Origin: a bacterium
GTDB lineage: Bacteria > SZUA-182 > DTGQ01
Length of the DNA: 26,670 nucleotides
Assembly: GCA_040752695.1 (NCBI GenBank)
Contig: JBFMGO010000086.1
Coordinates: 1-26,670, forward strand
Direction of reading: 5' to 3'
Position numbers and translations under genes: made by a program. The notes beneath the pieces were generated by a model. It saw nothing but the letters and a program-made list of their open reading frames with translations. It was not told the DNA's origin and did no database searches. Of the stretch, positions 24,698 through 26,670 are shown in pieces; the first letter of the stretch is position 1; each line of letters starts with the position of its first letter.

Positions 24698-26670
24698 TCA
24701 GAGGGTGCAGCCAGGTGTAGGACAGCCGCCAGAGTATTCCCCATCTGCCACTGTGTACTCGGTTTCCTCTTCCAGGTTCGCCTTGCCCTGTCCGGGCAGG
24801 GAAAGGACCTGCTCCGGCTTTGAGCCATAGCGATAGATGGTAATCCCCTTGCATCCAAGCCGGTAAGCATCAAGGTAGATTTTTTTCACCTCTTCCACCG
24901 TGGCATCGGCAGGCAGATTGATGGTTTTGGAAACGGAGTTATCGGTATATTTCTGAAAAGCCGCCTGAATCTTGATGTGCCAATCGGGAGAAACATCGAG
25001 GGCAGTGACGAAAACCCGGCGAATTTCGGCTGGGATCTCCTGAATCTCCTGAATCGAGCCGAGCTTGGCAATCCGGCCCATGAGGTCCTGGCTGTAAAAG
25101 CCGTGCTCTTTGGCTACCCTTTCAAAGACGGGATTTACCTCGGTCAGCCTGGTTCCTTCCATGATAGTGCGCATAAAACTCAGGGCGAAAACGGGCTCTA
25201 TGCCGCTCGAGCAGCCTGCAATGATGCTGATGGTTCCGGTAGGGGCAACCGTAGTGGTGGTGGCATTTCTGACCGGCTCGCCCCCTTGTCGGCGGGCATA
25301 TATGGATAAGGGGAAATGGGGAAAAGCCCCCCTCTCCCTGGCCAGTTGGCGTGAATGGTCCCAGGCTGCCTCCTGGATGTGCTTCATGATTTTTTCAGCC
25401 ATCTGGACGGCGGCATCAGAGTCATAGGGAATACCAAGCTGAAGAAGCAGGTCGGCAAACCCCATCACGCCGAGGCCGATTTTACGGTTTGCTTTGGTGA
25501 TCTTTTCAATGGCAGTGAGAGGAAACCGGTTCACCTCAATGACATCATCGAGAAACTGGACACCCAGGCGGACAATCCGGGACAGCCGCTCCCAGTCTAT
25601 TTCTCCTTCTTCTCCAAACTTCACTGGCTGCTGCCCTGCTTTTTCTGCTTCTTCCCATGGCTTTTCTGCTCTCTCCCCTGTTTTTTCTGCTTCTTCCCAC
25701 GTTTTTTCCGCTTCCTTCGTCGGTTTTTCCGGTTCCTTTCCCTCTTTCCCTCCCTGCGCTATCCTGCTCCCCCTTTTTCTTACCAGGCGGGCGAGGTTGA
25801 TAGAGGCCAGGTTGCAGCTCTCATAGGGGAGAAGGGGCAATTCACCGCAGGGGTTTGTAGCCTTCATCCGGCCAAGCTCAGGTGTGGGATTGAAGCGGTT
25901 GATGGTGTCCACAAAGATCATGCCCGGGTCTCCCGTCTTCCAGGCCATGTGGGTGATCAAATCGAAGATCTCCCGTGCTGGAACACGTTTGACTTCCTGC
26001 CCTGTTCTGGGGTTGATAAGACCATAGTCCCGGCCTTCTTCAAGCGCCTGCATGTACTCGTCGGTAGCAGCCACCGAAAGGTTGAAATTCCGAAACTTCC
26101 CCTCGATTCCCTTGGCAGTGATAAAATCCACGATATCAGGATGGTCTACCTGCAAAATGCCCATATTGGCACCGCGCCTTCTGCCTCCCTGCTTGATCAC
26201 GCCGGTAGCTGTGTCGAAAACCTCCATAAAGGAAACCGGTCCTGAGGCTACGCCCTTGGTGGAACTGACAATATCGCCTGCCGGCCTGAGGTTGGAGAAG
26301 GAAAAACCCGTTCCACCTCCGCTTTGGTGGATCATGGCCATGTTCTTCAGTGCATCAAAGATGCTCTGGATGGAATCTTCTACCGGAACGACAAAGCAGG
26401 CCGATAATTGCCCTATCGGAGTCCCTGCATTCATCAGGGTGGGAGAATTCGGCATAAATTCCCGGTTGACCATCAGGGAATAAAACTCATCCTCATATCT
26501 TTTCGCATTGGAGGATGGGCCATACACCCGCTCGGCCCTGGCCACGGTTTTGGCTACCCGCCGAAACATCCGGGCAGGGGTCTCGATCAGCCTCCCCTGA
26601 TCATCTTTCCTGAGATACCTGCGCTGCAAAACCCGTATGGCATTGACCGGCAGTTTTAATTCGTCCTGCA
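24698..26670 (-). CDS. nrdJ: Adenosylcobalamin-dependent (class II) ribonucleotide reductase, 5' end outside the window
   Basis: NSPTLMNAG, QLSACF, QGGRRRGANM, TNPCGE, IGLGVMG, VAPTGTIS, SKTIN and C-terminal CPTPGC; frame stays open to the window edge (QDELKLPVNAIRVLQRRYL). Confidence 0.9.
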   Translation of the reverse strand, partial: QDELKLPVNAIRVLQRRYLRKDDQGRLIETPARMFRRVAKTVARAERVYGPSSNAKRYEDEFYSLMVNREFMPNSPTLMNAGTPIGQLSACFVVPVEDSIQSIFDALKNMAMIHQSGGGTGFSFSNLRPAGDIVSSTKGVASGPVSFMEVFDTATGVIKQGGRRRGANMGILQVDHPDIVDFITAKGIEGKFRNFNLSVAATDEYMQALEEGRDYGLINPRTGQEVKRVPAREIFDLITHMAWKTGDPGMIFVDTINRFNPTPELGRMKATNPCGELPLLPYESCNLASINLARLVRKRGSRIAQGGKEGKEPEKPTKEAEKTWEEAEKTGERAEKPWEEAEKAGQQPVKFGEEGEIDWERLSRIVRLGVQFLDDVIEVNRFPLTAIEKITKANRKIGLGVMGFADLLLQLGIPYDSDAAVQMAEKIMKHIQEAAWDHSRQLARERGAFPHFPLSIYARRQGGEPVRNATTTTVAPTGTISIIAGCSSGIEPVFALSFMRTIMEGTRLTEVNPVFERVAKEHGFYSQDLMGRIAKLGSIQEIQEIPAEIRRVFVTALDVSPDWHIKIQAAFQKYTDNSVSKTINLPADATVEEVKKIYLDAYRLGCKGITIYRYGSKPEQVLSLPGQGKANLEEETEYTVADGEYSGGCPTPGCTL

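Noticed and set aside
25605..25775. Intein or intron in nrdJ
   Set aside because: Short, in frame and repetitive, lacking C/S...HN splice motifs

Overview
Bacterial chromosomal segment, probably from an anaerobe (inference from sulfide-type Thi4 and B12-dependent class II RNR); the taxon cannot be assigned from sequence alone. From left to right it contains: a minus-strand thiamine cluster (thi4-thiC-thiE-thiD) followed by a DUF296/PPC gene and an uncharacterised radical SAM gene; a Zn-finger-HD hydrolase; a cupin; two secreted proteins (an 8-blade PQQ-type beta-propeller, and a LamG + TSP3 + Cys-heptad coiled-coil protein); a flavodoxin-fold NAD(P)H oxidoreductase; an orphan Gp37/Gp68 (DUF5131) gene; a peroxiredoxin; an antitoxin plus a truncated vapC; a 1318-aa NB-ARC/TPR (NLR-like) gene; tRNA-Gly(CCC); PBP1A; and a 5'-partial nrdJ. 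The most unusual property is not a gene. Almost every intergenic space, and several genes, carry their own locally generated, decaying tandem duplications. Several are seeded on stop codons, start codons or RBSs, and those inside genes are always in frame and form low-complexity inserts. Two families of small non-autonomous elements are also present: TATAGCGGT-ended MITE-like elements and GTCATTCCCGC...GCGGGAATGAC-type palindromes. I found no CRISPR array, reverse transcriptase, integrase or transposase.
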